A stretch of 64,000 nt of DNA, taken from the NCBI GenBank assembly GCA_965116565.1, contig OZ220699.1:3790849-3854848 (forward strand), read 5' to 3'. Under the pieces are notes generated by a model that saw only the letters and a program-made list of their open reading frames with translations, ran no database searches and was not told where the DNA came from. This document shows positions 8,640 through 19,063 of this stretch, piece by piece. The DNA comes from Dehalococcoidia bacterium. Its GTDB lineage: Bacteria > Chloroflexota > Dehalococcoidia > Lucifugimonadales > UBA3495. The stretch's first letter is position 1; each line of letters begins with the position of its first letter. A program made the translations under genes and the position numbers.

Positions 8640-8951
8640 TCAGAGTTTGGCCCATACGACCAGAACAGCAGTCGCAACAACTGCCATCACCTGAATCGTA
8701 AAGAGCCCAGCGGCTTCCTGAGCCCGGTTGCGTTTGCGGTCTTCCTCGTCGCTGAAAATAGAGGCAAACGCATAAGCTAAGCACACGAAGTATGCTCCGA
8801 CGGTGATTGCTCCGGTGAGCATCGCCTGGATCCGGAATCTGTCGGAAGCGAGAACTTCGTCGGAGAATCCCACGAGGGTGAACAACGCCGCCAATGATGC
8901 GGTGGCAAGGGTGATTACAGCGATGCAGATCGGGTCCCAGCGGTTGGGCAC
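8640..8951 (-). CDS. Small membrane protein (start uncertain)
   Basis: C-terminal part of the 162-aa ORF is hydrophobic (ICIAVITLATASLAALFTLVGF, GAITVGAYFVCLAYAFASIF, VMAVVATAVLVVWA). A GTG at 8951 is the first start after the upstream gene's stop. It may be one frameshifted gene together with 8968..9162. Confidence 0.3.
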   Translation of the reverse strand: MPNRWDPICIAVITLATASLAALFTLVGFSDEVLASDRFRIQAMLTGAITVGAYFVCLAYAFASIFSDEEDRKRNRAQEAAGLFTIQVMAVVATAVLVVWAKL

Positions 8952-8967
8952 GGAGGCGTTCGGATTG

Positions 8968-9162
8968 CTAATCTTTGTTTCGCAGTTTCCGGTCGCGCAC
9001 ATAGCTGAACCCCAGTGCAGCCGCCGCGAATAACACGCAAGCCACGGTACTCCAGATGAAGACCCCCTCATCTTCGTATTTGCGGCTGGCCAAATACGCG
9101 CCCCAACTGGGGATCCCAGCGGCGACAATAAAAACCGCCAGGTAGAACCATGCGCCTTTCAT
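8968..9162 (-). CDS. Small two-TM membrane protein
   Basis: MKGAWFYLAVFIVAAGIPSWGAY...STVACVLFAAAALGF, with GGAGGTGG upstream of the ATG at 9162. Confidence 0.4.
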   Translation of the reverse strand: MKGAWFYLAVFIVAAGIPSWGAYLASRKYEDEGVFIWSTVACVLFAAAALGFSYVRDRKLRNKD

Positions 9163-9228
9163 CCGGGCCACCTCCACGCTATCTCACAGTGTAGTGTACC
9201 ATCGTATGATGCTCCGCTAATGGGGAGG

Positions 9229-10065
9229 TCACCCCACCCGCGCCAGCTTCTGCACCCGCTGCGTCGAGGTATCCGCCCCGTAGATGTTGCCCTGCGAGTC
9301 GGTGTACACCTGGTGCGCGTACTCGAAGGTGCGGCCCCGGGCCAGCAGGTTGCCGTCCAGGTCCAGGATGCTGAGGCGCGGCACCTGGTCGCTGACGTAC
9401 ACCGTCTGCTGCGCGTCGATGTGGACGCCCATGGGACACTTGAAGTCGGTCCACTGGTCCAGGAACTGCCCGTCCGACGCGAACACCTGCACCCGGTTGT
9501 TCTCCCGGTCCGCCACATAGACCCTGCCGTCCGCCGACACCCGTACGCTGTGGGGCACGATGAACTCGCCCGGCCCGCGCCCGGGACTGCCGAAGGACAC
9601 GATGTGCGTGCCGTCGGACGCGAACCGGTGCACGCTGGAGTTGCCGTAACCGTCGGCCACGTAGAGGTCGCCGGAGGGCGCGACGCAGATGTCGGCCGGA
9701 TGGTTGAACGGCGCCTGCAGCGCGGCCCGGTCGCGCGTTCCCATGGTGGACAGCAGCACCCCCGTGGATGCGTACTTCAGGATCTGGTGCGCGTCCCGGT
9801 CCACCAGGTACACCGAGTCGTCGGGCCCGATGTGGATGTGGTGAGCGTCGGCCGGAACCCCGCTGGGGCGCGGCCACTCGGCCAGCAGGTTCCCGTCGGG
9901 ATCGAATACCAGCACGGGCGGGCCCCGCCGCTGGAACACGTACACCCGGTCCTGGCTGTCCACGGCGACCCCGCTGATGCCGCCGAACCCCTGCCCCACC
10001 GGCAGGCGGGCCCAATCCGGTTCGTATTCGTACACGTAGTCACCCATACCCACCGTGATCGCCAT
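9229..10065 (-). CDS. NHL-repeat beta-propeller protein (peptidyl-alpha-hydroxyglycine lyase-like fold)
   Basis: Repeated (D/S)xxGxxYVxD blades: DSQDRVYVF, PDDSVYLVDRD, SGDLYVADGYG, DGRVYVADREN, QQTVYVSDQ, QGNIYGAD. ATG at 10065 is preceded by GGAGGTG. Confidence 0.8.
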   Translation of the reverse strand: MAITVGMGDYVYEYEPDWARLPVGQGFGGISGVAVDSQDRVYVFQRRGPPVLVFDPDGNLLAEWPRPSGVPADAHHIHIGPDDSVYLVDRDAHQILKYASTGVLLSTMGTRDRAALQAPFNHPADICVAPSGDLYVADGYGNSSVHRFASDGTHIVSFGSPGRGPGEFIVPHSVRVSADGRVYVADRENNRVQVFASDGQFLDQWTDFKCPMGVHIDAQQTVYVSDQVPRLSILDLDGNLLARGRTFEYAHQVYTDSQGNIYGADTSTQRVQKLARVG

Positions 10066-10282
10066 ATCGCCACCTCCGTCGTGTCGCTGCGCCTGAATAG
10101 CGCCGATTCTAGCACCGCCCGACGTCACGTCGGGTAACAATAACGCCGAAATCTGCTTCCGTTTGTTATTCGGCGGTTGCCATCGGCTGACTATACTTCC
10201 GGTGAATCACATATTTTCGCCGCGTCCGGCCCCGGTCCAGGCGTGCACAACGGCCTTGGTGGCTGACTTCCGGAGGATTCTG

Positions 10283-11299
10283 GTGCCACGAAAAACGTAC
10301 GACATCGTCCTGTCCAGCCCGTTCTCGAACTACGACTTTTTTGCACACAAGATGCGCGAGTTGTGCGGCCAGATGGACCTCACCTTCTTTCTCGCCGACG
10401 ACGTGTGGGTGGATGAATTCCTGGGCAAGCTCAAGACCCGGGAGATCGCCGTCCGCGCCATGCTGGACCTGACCGCCAATCAGACCGACCCCACCGACGT
10501 GTACACCAGGCTCGCCTACGAGGTGAAAGAGCAGGGCGGCGTGGTGATCGACGACCCCGAACTCACCGCCTTTTCCGCGCACAAGGCCAAGCTCCACGAC
10601 CTGCTCGTGCAGCACCAGGTTCCGGTGCCGGAAACCGTGATCGTGCCGCGGAACCGGGTCGCCGATTTCCGCATCACGCGGGACATCCGCAACCGCATCG
10701 GCGTGCCCTTCGTGGTCAAGCCCGCCTGGGGAGACTCGGGCGTGGGCGTCATAGTGGACGCCACCTCGGAGTACGACCTGCAGATGTCCCACGCCCAGGC
10801 GCCGAAATCCGACGCTTTCCTGATCCAGAAACAGCTTAAAATGCAGCCCTTGGGCGAGCGCATGGGCTGGTTCCGTCTGTATCACATCTGCCGCGAGGTT
10901 ATCCCGTGCTGGTGGAACCCCGATACCCACGAGTACCAGATGGTGTCGCCGGCGCAGGTCAAACGGTACAAGCTGCAACCCCTGCGTCGCATCATGCGCA
11001 AAATCGCCCAGGTCTCCCGCATGAAGAAGTTCAGCAGCGAAATCTGCCTGCACGAGGACGGCAAGTTCTACGCGGTGGACTACGTGAACGCCGACCCTGA
11101 TATGAACCCCAAGTCCTTCTACGCCAACGGCGTGCCCGACGAGATCGTGCGTCATATCGTGTGGCTGCTGTTCTACGAGGCCATGCAGGTCGCCAAGCGG
11201 GGCCACGGCTTCTTCGACGACGAGCTTGAGGCATCGGAGGCGTCGGCCAACTGGGTCGAACGCCGCCGGATGGAACAGGCCGCCCTGCTGGTCAGCTGA
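10283..11299 (+). CDS. ATP-grasp domain protein
   Basis: GVPFVVKPAWGDSGVGVIV and a downstream FLIQKQL...AVDYVNADPDM layout, typical of the ATP-grasp fold. GTG at 10283 is preceded by GGAGGA. Confidence 0.65.
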   Translation: MPRKTYDIVLSSPFSNYDFFAHKMRELCGQMDLTFFLADDVWVDEFLGKLKTREIAVRAMLDLTANQTDPTDVYTRLAYEVKEQGGVVIDDPELTAFSAHKAKLHDLLVQHQVPVPETVIVPRNRVADFRITRDIRNRIGVPFVVKPAWGDSGVGVIVDATSEYDLQMSHAQAPKSDAFLIQKQLKMQPLGERMGWFRLYHICREVIPCWWNPDTHEYQMVSPAQVKRYKLQPLRRIMRKIAQVSRMKKFSSEICLHEDGKFYAVDYVNADPDMNPKSFYANGVPDEIVRHIVWLLFYEAMQVAKRGHGFFDDELEASEASANWVERRRMEQAALLVS

Positions 11300-11336
11300 G
11301 CGGGCGCCACAGCCGTGCGACCTGCTTTTATCCGCC

Positions 11337-11412
11337 CACGGTGAGCCTGTCGAACCACCCGCTCACGGTGAGCCTGTCGAACCACCCGCTCATGGTCAGC
11401 CCGTCGAACCAC
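11337..11412. repeat. Three tandem 27-bp REP-like repeats (intergenic)
   Basis: CACGGTGAGCCTGTCGAACCACCCGCT occurs twice, then a diverged third copy. Shares the GAGCCTGTCGAA core with the repeats in the portal and TerL genes. Confidence 0.8.
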
Positions 11413-11460
11413 GAGGGGCCCATATGACGACTTTGGAACGGCCCCTATGATGGAGTCGCG

Positions 11461-12153
11461 ATGCTTGATTACGACCGTTACGAGTGGCTGAGCTTCGACT
11501 GCTACGGCACGCTGGTTGACTGGGAGACGGGCATCTCCACTGCCGTCGCCGATGTCCTGAGTTCGCACGGCGTCTCCATATCCAGCCCCGAGATCCTGGC
11601 CCTGTTCGCCGACGCGGAGCCCCGGGCCCAAACGGCCCACGGATTCCTGGAATACCGCGCCGCGCTGCGCGAGGTCATGGCACTGATCGCAGCCGAGCTG
11701 GGCATCAGCCTCAGCGAGTCGGAGATGGGCTGCCTGGCCGACAGCCTGCCCCGCTGGCCCGTATTCCCCGACGCCGCCGACGCCCTGAACACCCTGCAAG
11801 CGCGCTACCGGCTGGCCATCATCTCCAACGTAGACGACGACCTGTTCGCCGGCTCCGCCCGTGCGCTGGGCGTTGATTTCGACGCCGTGATCACGTCCCA
11901 GCAGGTGCGCGCCTACAAGCCCGACCTGCGCGGTTTCAACGCCGCCCTGGAACGCATGGGGTGCAACCGGGAGAACTGGCTGCACATCGGCGAGAGCCTG
12001 TACCACGACATCGGTCCGGCCAACCGCATGGGCATCGCCAGCGTGTGGGTCAACCGCCCCGACCGCGGCGGCGGCACCCGTCAGACCGACGCGACGCCCG
12101 ACCTGGAGGTATCCGACCTCGCGGAGTTGGCGGGTATAATGTGCCCGGCGTAA
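11461..12153 (+). CDS. HAD-superfamily hydrolase, haloacid dehalogenase type II-like
   Basis: N-terminal FDCYGTLVDWE (DxYGT nucleophile motif), with ISNVDDD and KPD motifs downstream. Confidence 0.8.
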   Translation: MLDYDRYEWLSFDCYGTLVDWETGISTAVADVLSSHGVSISSPEILALFADAEPRAQTAHGFLEYRAALREVMALIAAELGISLSESEMGCLADSLPRWPVFPDAADALNTLQARYRLAIISNVDDDLFAGSARALGVDFDAVITSQQVRAYKPDLRGFNAALERMGCNRENWLHIGESLYHDIGPANRMGIASVWVNRPDRGGGTRQTDATPDLEVSDLAELAGIMCPA

Positions 12154-12168
12154 CAACGCCGGGGCAGG

Positions 12169-12798
12169 TTGATGATCAGCGAAATCGGGTCGCATCCCAG
12201 CGATGGGCGACCGCTGCTCCTGGTGGAGAACCAGGAGGAATGGCGAACGTGGTTGGCACAGAACCACGGTGATTCTCCCGGCATCTGGCTGGTGTCGTGG
12301 AAGCAGGCTACCGGCAAGCCCTTCGTGCCCTACACGGACACGGTGGACGAGGCCCTGTGTTTCGGGTGGATCGACTCCAGGGTGAACACGCTGGACGACG
12401 AGCGGGCCATGCGCCTGTTCACCCGCCGCAATCCCAAAAGTCCGTGGTCGCGCATCAACAAGGACAAGGCCCTGCGCCTCATGAAACAGGGCCGCATGAT
12501 GGAAGCCGGCGCGAGGATGCTGGCGGCCGCCCAATCCAACGGCGCGTGGACCATCTACGACGAGATCGAGGACCTGGTGGTCCCGCCCGACCTGGCCGCC
12601 GCCCTGGCCCACAACGAGGCAGCCCAAACCCACTTCAACAACTTCCCGCCCTCATCCAAAAAGAACATCCTCTGGTGGATCAAATCGGCCCGCAAACCCG
12701 ACACGCGGGCCGCCCGCATCGCTAAAACCGCAGAACTGGCCGCCCAAAACCGCATCGCCAACCACCCAGCAGGGCGCAACCAGGAGCGGGGCGAATAA
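12169..12798 (+). CDS. YdeI/OmpD-associated family protein
   Basis: ALCFGWIDSRVNTLDDERAMRLFTRRNPKSPWSRINK and a C-terminal ...WWIKSAKKPDTRAARI pattern, typical of this family. Confidence 0.7.
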   Translation: MMISEIGSHPSDGRPLLLVENQEEWRTWLAQNHGDSPGIWLVSWKQATGKPFVPYTDTVDEALCFGWIDSRVNTLDDERAMRLFTRRNPKSPWSRINKDKALRLMKQGRMMEAGARMLAAAQSNGAWTIYDEIEDLVVPPDLAAALAHNEAAQTHFNNFPPSSKKNILWWIKSARKPDTRAARIAKTAELAAQNRIANHPAGRNQERGE

Positions 12799-12812
12799 GT
12801 GACATTTGATGA

Positions 12813-14966
12813 TTGACAATGCTACCGCATGCGTTGTTAGGATCGCACAGCGAATCTCCAAAAGCGACTCAAATGCACTACGACGAGAAACAAGCCCTCG
12901 AACTGCTCCGTGTAGGCGCAGGCATCGCCGATGCGCAATTTAGGGAGGGACAAGAGGAAGCCATCCGCCATGTTGTGGAAGGACGAGGCAAGTTGCTGGT
13001 CGTCCAGAAAACGGGCTGGGGCAAGAGCTTCGTCTATTTCATTGCGACCAAGCTGCTGCGGGAAGGCGGTGCTGGCCCGGCCTTGCTGATTTCGCCCTTG
13101 CTGGCGCTGATGCGAAACCAGATAGCGGCAGCGAAACGCATGGGCGTCCGAGCGGTTACCATCAATTCAGACAATAAAGATGAATGGGATGATGTGGCGC
13201 GCCGGATAAGCATGGATTCAGTCGATATCCTGCTCATCTCCCCGGAACGGCTGGCCAACGAGGATTTTGTCGCCAACACTCTTGCTGCTATGGCGGCGCG
13301 GGTATCGATGCTGGTCATCGACGAAGCCCATTGCATTTCCGATTGGGGCCACGATTTTCGCCCCGACTACCGGAGAATTGAACGCATCGCCCGCACGCTG
13401 CCGGAGAACATCCAACTACTAGGAACAACGGCAACTGCGAACAAGCGCGTGATGGATGACCTTGAGGAAATCCTTGGCCCAAATATAACGACGTTGCGAG
13501 GAGACCTCAACCGCCCCTCGCTGCTGCTGCAAACCATCCGGATGCCGAGTCAAGCCGAAAGGCTAGCGTGGCTGGCGGAACGATTGTCGGAGATTCAACG
13601 TTCCGGAATAATTTACACATTGACCAGACGCGACGCTAGACAGGTATCTGATTGGCTCCAGTCTCAAGGCTTGAACGTTCAACCGTATATGGGCGGTTCC
13701 CGAAATCAGGAAGAACGGGACGAGAGAGAACGGTTAGAAGATGCATTGCTGGAAAATCGCGTCAAGGCACTGGTCGCAACGGTGGCCCTGGGTATGGGTT
13801 ACGACAAGCCTGATTTGGCTTTCGTCATCCATTACCAGACGCCTGCGTCGGTAGTGCATTATTACCAGCAGGTTGGGCGTGCCGGGCGGGGGTTGGACGC
13901 CGCGCACGGTGTACTGTTAAGCGGTGTCGAAGATACAGAAATTACGGACTTTTTCATCCGCAGCGCTTTTCCGACCAGGGAAGAAGTACAGCAGGTAGTC
14001 GCAGCTTTGAGAGACGAGCCGGAGGGCCTTTCCGCACCTCAATTGCTACAGCAGGTCAACATCAGTACCGACCGTCTTGCCCGGGCCATAAAGTTGCTGT
14101 CTTTGGAATCTCCGGCACCCATCGCCAGAGTGGGAACAAAATGGCAATTGACTCCAACACTACTCAACGAGGAATTCTGGGAACGGGCGGAAAGGCTAAC
14201 TGCGCTACGCCAAGCCGAGCAGCAACAAATGCAGGAATATGTGGCATTGGATTCTGGACATATGAAGTTCCTCATTCGCGCCTTGGATGGCAACCCGGAG
14301 AGCGTTCAAACTCCAAACATGTCGCCTCTTCCCACCAACGTAGGACCAGCAACCGTGCATCAGGCAGTAGAGTTTCTCCATCGCACACGAGTGACGATTC
14401 AGGCACGAAAAAGATGGCCAAACGGCGGTTCGCCGGGTGACTGGATGCGCGGCAACATACCTAAGGAACAACGGGCGGAGGATGGCTTTGCGCTGTGCTA
14501 TTGGGGCGATGCCGGCTGGGGTGATACAGTTCGGAATGGAAAATACCGTGATAATTACTTTGCGGATGAGTTGGTGACGGCTTCGGTGAATCTGATAAAG
14601 GAATGGCAACCGCGACCCTCTCCAGCTTGGGTAACCTGCATCCCCTCGAGAAGACACCCAGAACTAGTGCCGGATTTCGCTGAACGACTGGCTAGAGCGT
14701 TAAAACTGCCTTTCAGTCCTTGTTTGGTCAAAGCCGATGACCGGCCGGAACAAAAAGATATGGCTAACAGCGCGCAACAGGCGCGGAACGTTGATGGCTC
14801 ACTTGGCTTTTCTCAGGGCCCAGTTTTGCCGGGGCCTGTCTTGCTTGTGGATGATATGGTAGATTCCGGCTGGACATTTACGGTTGCCGCGGCGCTGTTG
14901 AGAGAGCGAGGATGTAGTGCAGTATTTCCATTCGCGCTTGCGGACACTGGCAACCGACAGGGCTGA
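12813..14966 (+). CDS. RecQ-family helicase fused to a C-terminal ComF-type phosphoribosyltransferase domain
   Basis: RecQ motifs: [50 protein letters not shown]-terminus carries [10 protein letters not shown]...[13 protein letters not shown] (PRPP-binding signature). Segment is AT-richer than its flanks. Confidence 0.85.
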   Translation: MTMLPHALLGSHSESPKATQMHYDEKQALELLRVGAGIADAQFREGQEEAIRHVVEGRGKLLVVQKTGWGKSFVYFIATKLLREGGAGPALLISPLLALMRNQIAAAKRMGVRAVTINSDNKDEWDDVARRISMDSVDILLISPERLANEDFVANTLAAMAARVSMLVIDEAHCISDWGHDFRPDYRRIERIARTLPENIQLLGTTATANKRVMDDLEEILGPNITTLRGDLNRPSLLLQTIRMPSQAERLAWLAERLSEIQRSGIIYTLTRRDARQVSDWLQSQGLNVQPYMGGSRNQEERDERERLEDALLENRVKALVATVALGMGYDKPDLAFVIHYQTPASVVHYYQQVGRAGRGLDAAHGVLLSGVEDTEITDFFIRSAFPTREEVQQVVAALRDEPEGLSAPQLLQQVNISTDRLARAIKLLSLESPAPIARVGTKWQLTPTLLNEEFWERAERLTALRQAEQQQMQEYVALDSGHMKFLIRALDGNPESVQTPNMSPLPTNVGPATVHQAVEFLHRTRVTIQARKRWPNGGSPGDWMRGNIPKEQRAEDGFALCYWGDAGWGDTVRNGKYRDNYFADELVTASVNLIKEWQPRPSPAWVTCIPSRRHPELVPDFAERLARALKLPFSPCLVKADDRPEQKDMANSAQQARNVDGSLGFSQGPVLPGPVLLVDDMVDSGWTFTVAAALLRERGCSAVFPFALADTGNRQG

Positions 14967-14967
14967 G

Positions 14968-16266
14968 ATGATGAGTACCAGATTATCTCCCAATACCCAA
15001 GCAATTCTGCTACTGACAGCTCCTTTGATTGTGGGTAGAGGCGGGAGTAAAAATTCGGTAACGCCGCTGAGCCTCGCCGAGTATAACCAACTCGCGCTGC
15101 GCCTCTGTCAATTTGAGTGGCAACCGGCCGACCTGCTTGGTACTGAAGCTCGCGCTGTATTGAGCGAGTGTGCCGACGACGCTGACAACCAGCGAATTAT
15201 TCGGTTGCTGGAGCGGGGCTTTCTACTTAGCCAAGCACTGGAGCATTGGCAGAGCCGCGCGATTTGGGTGACCAGTCGAGCTGATGCTGAATACCCTATA
15301 CGTTTCAAAGAGCGCCTCGGCAAGTTTGCTCCCCCGGTCCTTTACGGCTGCGGTAACGCAACCCTGTTGGAAAATGGTGGGCTGGCTGTAGTGGGTTCAC
15401 GGGATGCAAACGCTGAGATTCTAGAGTATGCCGGCAGCGTTGGTCGATTAGCGGCAGAAGCACAATACCCAATCATTTCTGGCGGCGCGCGTGGGGTTGA
15501 TATGGCAGCGATGCGCGGAGTGTTGTCAGAGGGTGGTACGGCCGTTGGCATCTTATCCGGCGGCTTGGAGAAAGATGCAATGAACCGGTCGAACCGGGAC
15601 TTGCTGATCAACGAACAATTGGTCCTAGTCTCTCCATACGACCCGAAGGCAGGTTTCAATGTCGGCAATGCCATGCAGCGCAACAAGTTGGTATATGCGT
15701 TGTCTGACACCGGACTGGTGGTTGAAACTGATACAAAAGGTGGCACTTGGACGGGCGCCTTGGAGCAACTGGACAAATTGCACCTGGTTCCAATATATGC
15801 CCGCTCTGAAGGTGAAATCAGTAAAGGCATCAGTGCGTTGCGCAGGAAAGGAGCGTTGGCTTGGCCAAACCCTGAAACAGCCGACGACTTGCGCGCAGTT
15901 ATCTCCGGAGAGTATCAATATCCCGACGCCGAACCTGCCCGTCAGCCATCTTTGTCTTTAGATAGTGACGCTCCAACTGAACCACATAAACATGATGCAG
16001 ATGGGCAAATCGTGAAGCCTGTACTGGATATTGAGCCGTTAAACCTTCAGCAAACAAATCTAGCCGACCAGCTTTTGTTGTCAGTTGAACGTCTCTTGAC
16101 ATCAATTGATGGGCCCATTACAGCTTCTGACGCCGCGAAGCGCCTTCACGTTTCCAAAAAGCAAGCAGGAGACTGGCTAAAACGGCTTGAGCAGGCGGGG
16201 AAGTACCAACGGAGGAACAAGCGCTCGCCTTATGAGCGGGTTACCCAAGTCAATTCCTTGCTTTAG
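14968..16266 (+). CDS. DprA/Smf-like (SLOG Rossmann) protein with C-terminal wHTH-like tail
   Basis: [10 protein letters not shown]...[15 protein letters not shown]...GILSGGL...[11 protein letters not shown]...GGTWTGA. The tail [31 protein letters not shown] looks like a wHTH. ATG at 14968 lies 1 nt after the upstream TGA. Confidence 0.85.
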   Translation: MMSTRLSPNTQAILLLTAPLIVGRGGSKNSVTPLSLAEYNQLALRLCQFEWQPADLLGTEARAVLSECADDADNQRIIRLLERGFLLSQALEHWQSRAIWVTSRADAEYPIRFKERLGKFAPPVLYGCGNATLLENGGLAVVGSRDANAEILEYAGSVGRLAAEAQYPIISGGARGVDMAAMRGVLSEGGTAVGILSGGLEKDAMNRSNRDLLINEQLVLVSPYDPKAGFNVGNAMQRNKLVYALSDTGLVVETDTKGGTWTGALEQLDKLHLVPIYARSEGEISKGISALRRKGALAWPNPETADDLRAVISGEYQYPDAEPARQPSLSLDSDAPTEPHKHDADGQIVKPVLDIEPLNLQQTNLADQLLLSVERLLTSIDGPITASDAAKRLHVSKKQAGDWLKRLEQAGKYQRRNKRSPYERVTQVNSLL

Positions 16267-16377
16267 TGGCCGCTGAGTCGTCGTCCTTGCCCCCACCACC
16301 ACCCCCTGCTAAACTGCGGCGCATCACATCACACCACACCTACCTGACCCGCGTTCCGCAGCAAAGGAGCCGCCGTT

Positions 16378-17640
16378 ATGCTGATTGGCCATTTCACCGA
16401 ACAGCCCTGGCAGGATGAAAACTCCGGCCTCATGGGCACCCAGAGCACCGACCTGGGCATCTCCAACTCCCACTACCGACCCGATATCGGCGCCCAGCTC
16501 TACAATCGCTACCTTGACGAAAAGGTCTATGCCGAGCAGATGGGCTTCGACGCCGTCATGCTCAACGAGCACCACTCCACTCCCTTCTGCATGCAGGGCG
16601 TCACCAACGTCGGCGCGTCCATCCTCGCCCGCATCACCGAAAAGGTCAAGATCATCATCCTGGGCAACGTCCTGCCCATCTGGGACGACCCCCTGTGGCT
16701 GGCCGAGCAGCTTTCCATGATCGACATGATCTCCCACGGCCGCCTGGTCTCCGGCTTCGTGCGCGGCGGCGGACGCGAGAGCTGGTCCCACAACTCGCCT
16801 CCCAACTTCAACCGCGAGCGGTTCGAGGAAGCCCACGACCTGATCATCAAGGCGTGGACCGAGCCCGGCCCCTGGCGCTGGGAGGGCAAGCACTTCCACT
16901 ACCGCTACGTCAACCCGTGGGCCAAGCCGCTGCAGGAACCCCACCCACAGATCTGGATCCCGTCCACCGTGTCCGTCGAGACCGTGAAGTGGTGCGCCGA
17001 GCATCGCTACCCGCTGGTCCTCCTGGCCACCCGCCTGGAGCCCACCCGCGAAGCCTTCCAGCTCTACCACGACACCGCCGCCGAGTGCGGCTACGAGTCC
17101 GGCACCCAGAACGTCGCCTACCTGTGGAAGGTCCATGTCGACGAGACCGAGGAACTGGCCGAGGAAGTCGGCCGCAAGTACCTGTCCGGCGTCAGCAACC
17201 CCTTCCTGGCCGGCAACGAGGGCGGCATCAACCCCGCCATCATGAACCTGCCGGGCCACACGTCCCGCACGTCGCGCCGCCTGTCCGCCGCCGCCTTCGG
17301 CCCCGCCGGACGCTTCGGCACCAACCGCCGTCCCTTCGAGGACCAGGTCGCCGACAGCACCATCATCACCGGCACCCCCAAGACGGTCATCCCCAAGATC
17401 CGCGAGGTGCTGGAATACCTGCGCCCCGGCAGCGTCTTCTTCTGGGACGGCGACGGCGCCATGACCCACGAGGACCAGATGCGCAGCCTGCGGCTCATGG
17501 GCGAGGAGGTCATCCCCGCCGTCCGCGAAATGGGCAAGGAGCTTGAGCTCTACTCCCCCTTCGAGGTGGACCCCCGCACCAACCAGCCCATCGTGGCCAG
17601 CGCCACCGCTGCCGAAACCGCGACCACCACCGCCGACTAG
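16378..17640 (+). CDS. LLM-class (luciferase-like) flavin-dependent oxidoreductase
   Basis: GFDAVMLNEHH... and overall LLM layout. AAAGGAG lies upstream of the ATG. Confidence 0.8.
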   Translation: MLIGHFTEQPWQDENSGLMGTQSTDLGISNSHYRPDIGAQLYNRYLDEKVYAEQMGFDAVMLNEHHSTPFCMQGVTNVGASILARITEKVKIIILGNVLPIWDDPLWLAEQLSMIDMISHGRLVSGFVRGGGRESWSHNSPPNFNRERFEEAHDLIIKAWTEPGPWRWEGKHFHYRYVNPWAKPLQEPHPQIWIPSTVSVETVKWCAEHRYPLVLLATRLEPTREAFQLYHDTAAECGYESGTQNVAYLWKVHVDETEELAEEVGRKYLSGVSNPFLAGNEGGINPAIMNLPGHTSRTSRRLSAAAFGPAGRFGTNRRPFEDQVADSTIITGTPKTVIPKIREVLEYLRPGSVFFWDGDGAMTHEDQMRSLRLMGEEVIPAVREMGKELELYSPFEVDPRTNQPIVASATAAETATTTAD

Positions 17641-17665
17641 CGTCGGCATACTCCGCAACCCACGT

Positions 17666-17689
17666 AGGGGCGAATAATTATTCGCCCCT
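17666..17689. repeat. Perfect 24-nt palindrome AGGGGCGAATAATTATTCGCCCCT (REP/terminator-like)
   Basis: Lies 26 nt after the LLM gene stop. A sibling copy is at 19064-19091. Confidence 0.8.
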
Positions 17690-17832
17690 TAATGTTTCGG
17701 TTGTTCGGCTCGTACCTGGTCGTCGAAAGCGGGGAAATTCCCGTCACCCAGACTGCTTGTCTTGTGCTTCGCGCGCCACTGGTTCAGGATCATTCCAAGC
17801 TGTAGACAGGTTGGGGTGGGTTTTGGCAATCA

Positions 17833-18918
17833 TCAGTCAAACAGATTAACTAATCTCAACCGTTTGGAATGCCAGTTTTCTACAGGCAGCACAGGAGGAG
17901 CGTCCGGAAAAGAGAGATCCGTGCGCGGCATTGTTGATCGGAAATAATCCTTGATGGCGTCTTTTCTCTCATCTGTATAAGCCTCCCAGACCTCTGGATA
18001 TACAACAATGCCTTCCATGCGCCCTAGGAGATCACAGCTTACCCTGCGCTGCAGCGTTTCTGCGTCAGCGTTGCGAACATGCCACGTTGCTTTCCGTATT
18101 ATTGATTCGTCTGCGGATGGGAAGTGATATATCAAGATGTGCTCGTTCTGCAACGGATAAACAGTACATCCCCATTGACCAATCTTTTCTACAACAATGT
18201 CATCTAGTCCTCGTTCTACCCACCACCTCAACCCGTTGGTCCATGAACTGACGGCAATGGAAGGCCGCCTGCTTGGCACTGGTACTACGAAGTGCTTGAT
18301 AACGTCAGGTTCTTCATCGTAAGGTGATGGTTGTTGTGCTATACCCAGCATCACCTCAGTTAGGCGTTTGTAATATCCGATACCAGATTCTTTCTTCCGA
18401 CACAATCGGACCATGTAGTTAGGAAAGTCACTTTTAGGATCCGCTTTCTCCATGCTCTCAAATGCGGCCAGTTGCACCTTGATGTCCCACATAGCCTTCA
18501 GCAATGCCTTATACGCAAGCAAAATCAAGTGCCGCTCGTTTTCGAATTCAGGGACGCACCGCTCCACATCGGAGAACAATCCTTCGTGATTTCTGCAGGT
18601 GAAATACCCCGTCAAGGCATGGTTGATTGGTACTTCGTCCGGGAACCGCATGTCATCGACTAGCGGATTTTGGGAGAACGCCATAACATAAGGCTTTTCC
18701 GTCCACCGGCGCATAACTGCGCGCTGAACGTCATGACCTTCTACAGTCGGCCCTCCGTGCTCACCTGGAACTAAACACTGTTTCAAAGCAGTTCTTTTGG
18801 TTTTAGCGGTCAGAATTTGCAGTATCCTTTTCTGCTCACTTTCTGGCATTGTCACCAGTTCATTATGGAATTGTTTTCCCCACCAGCGTGGCGGCCATTC
18901 GTTATTCATGCTAGCCAT
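17833..18918 (-). CDS. Hypothetical protein (361 aa), AT-rich orphan
   Basis: Long clean ORF in a markedly AT-richer segment bracketed by the two GGGGCGAAT palindromes. No motif recognised. Confidence 0.6.
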   Translation of the reverse strand: MASMNNEWPPRWWGKQFHNELVTMPESEQKRILQILTAKTKRTALKQCLVPGEHGGPTVEGHDVQRAVMRRWTEKPYVMAFSQNPLVDDMRFPDEVPINHALTGYFTCRNHEGLFSDVERCVPEFENERHLILLAYKALLKAMWDIKVQLAAFESMEKADPKSDFPNYMVRLCRKKESGIGYYKRLTEVMLGIAQQPSPYDEEPDVIKHFVVPVPSRRPSIAVSSWTNGLRWWVERGLDDIVVEKIGQWGCTVYPLQNEHILIYHFPSADESIIRKATWHVRNADAETLQRRVSCDLLGRMEGIVVYPEVWEAYTDERKDAIKDYFRSTMPRTDLSFPDAPPVLPVENWHSKRLRLVNLFD

Positions 18919-19063
18919 CCAAAATAAAAGCGATCTACTATGTAATATAACACGACGATGTTGTTACAGAGTTTAGTCAAACCCTGTCTACCCTCAACAG
19001 GCACCGCTCATCATTCGACAGGCTCCCCCGGAACGTGTCGAAACCCGAAACAACGCGGCCGCT

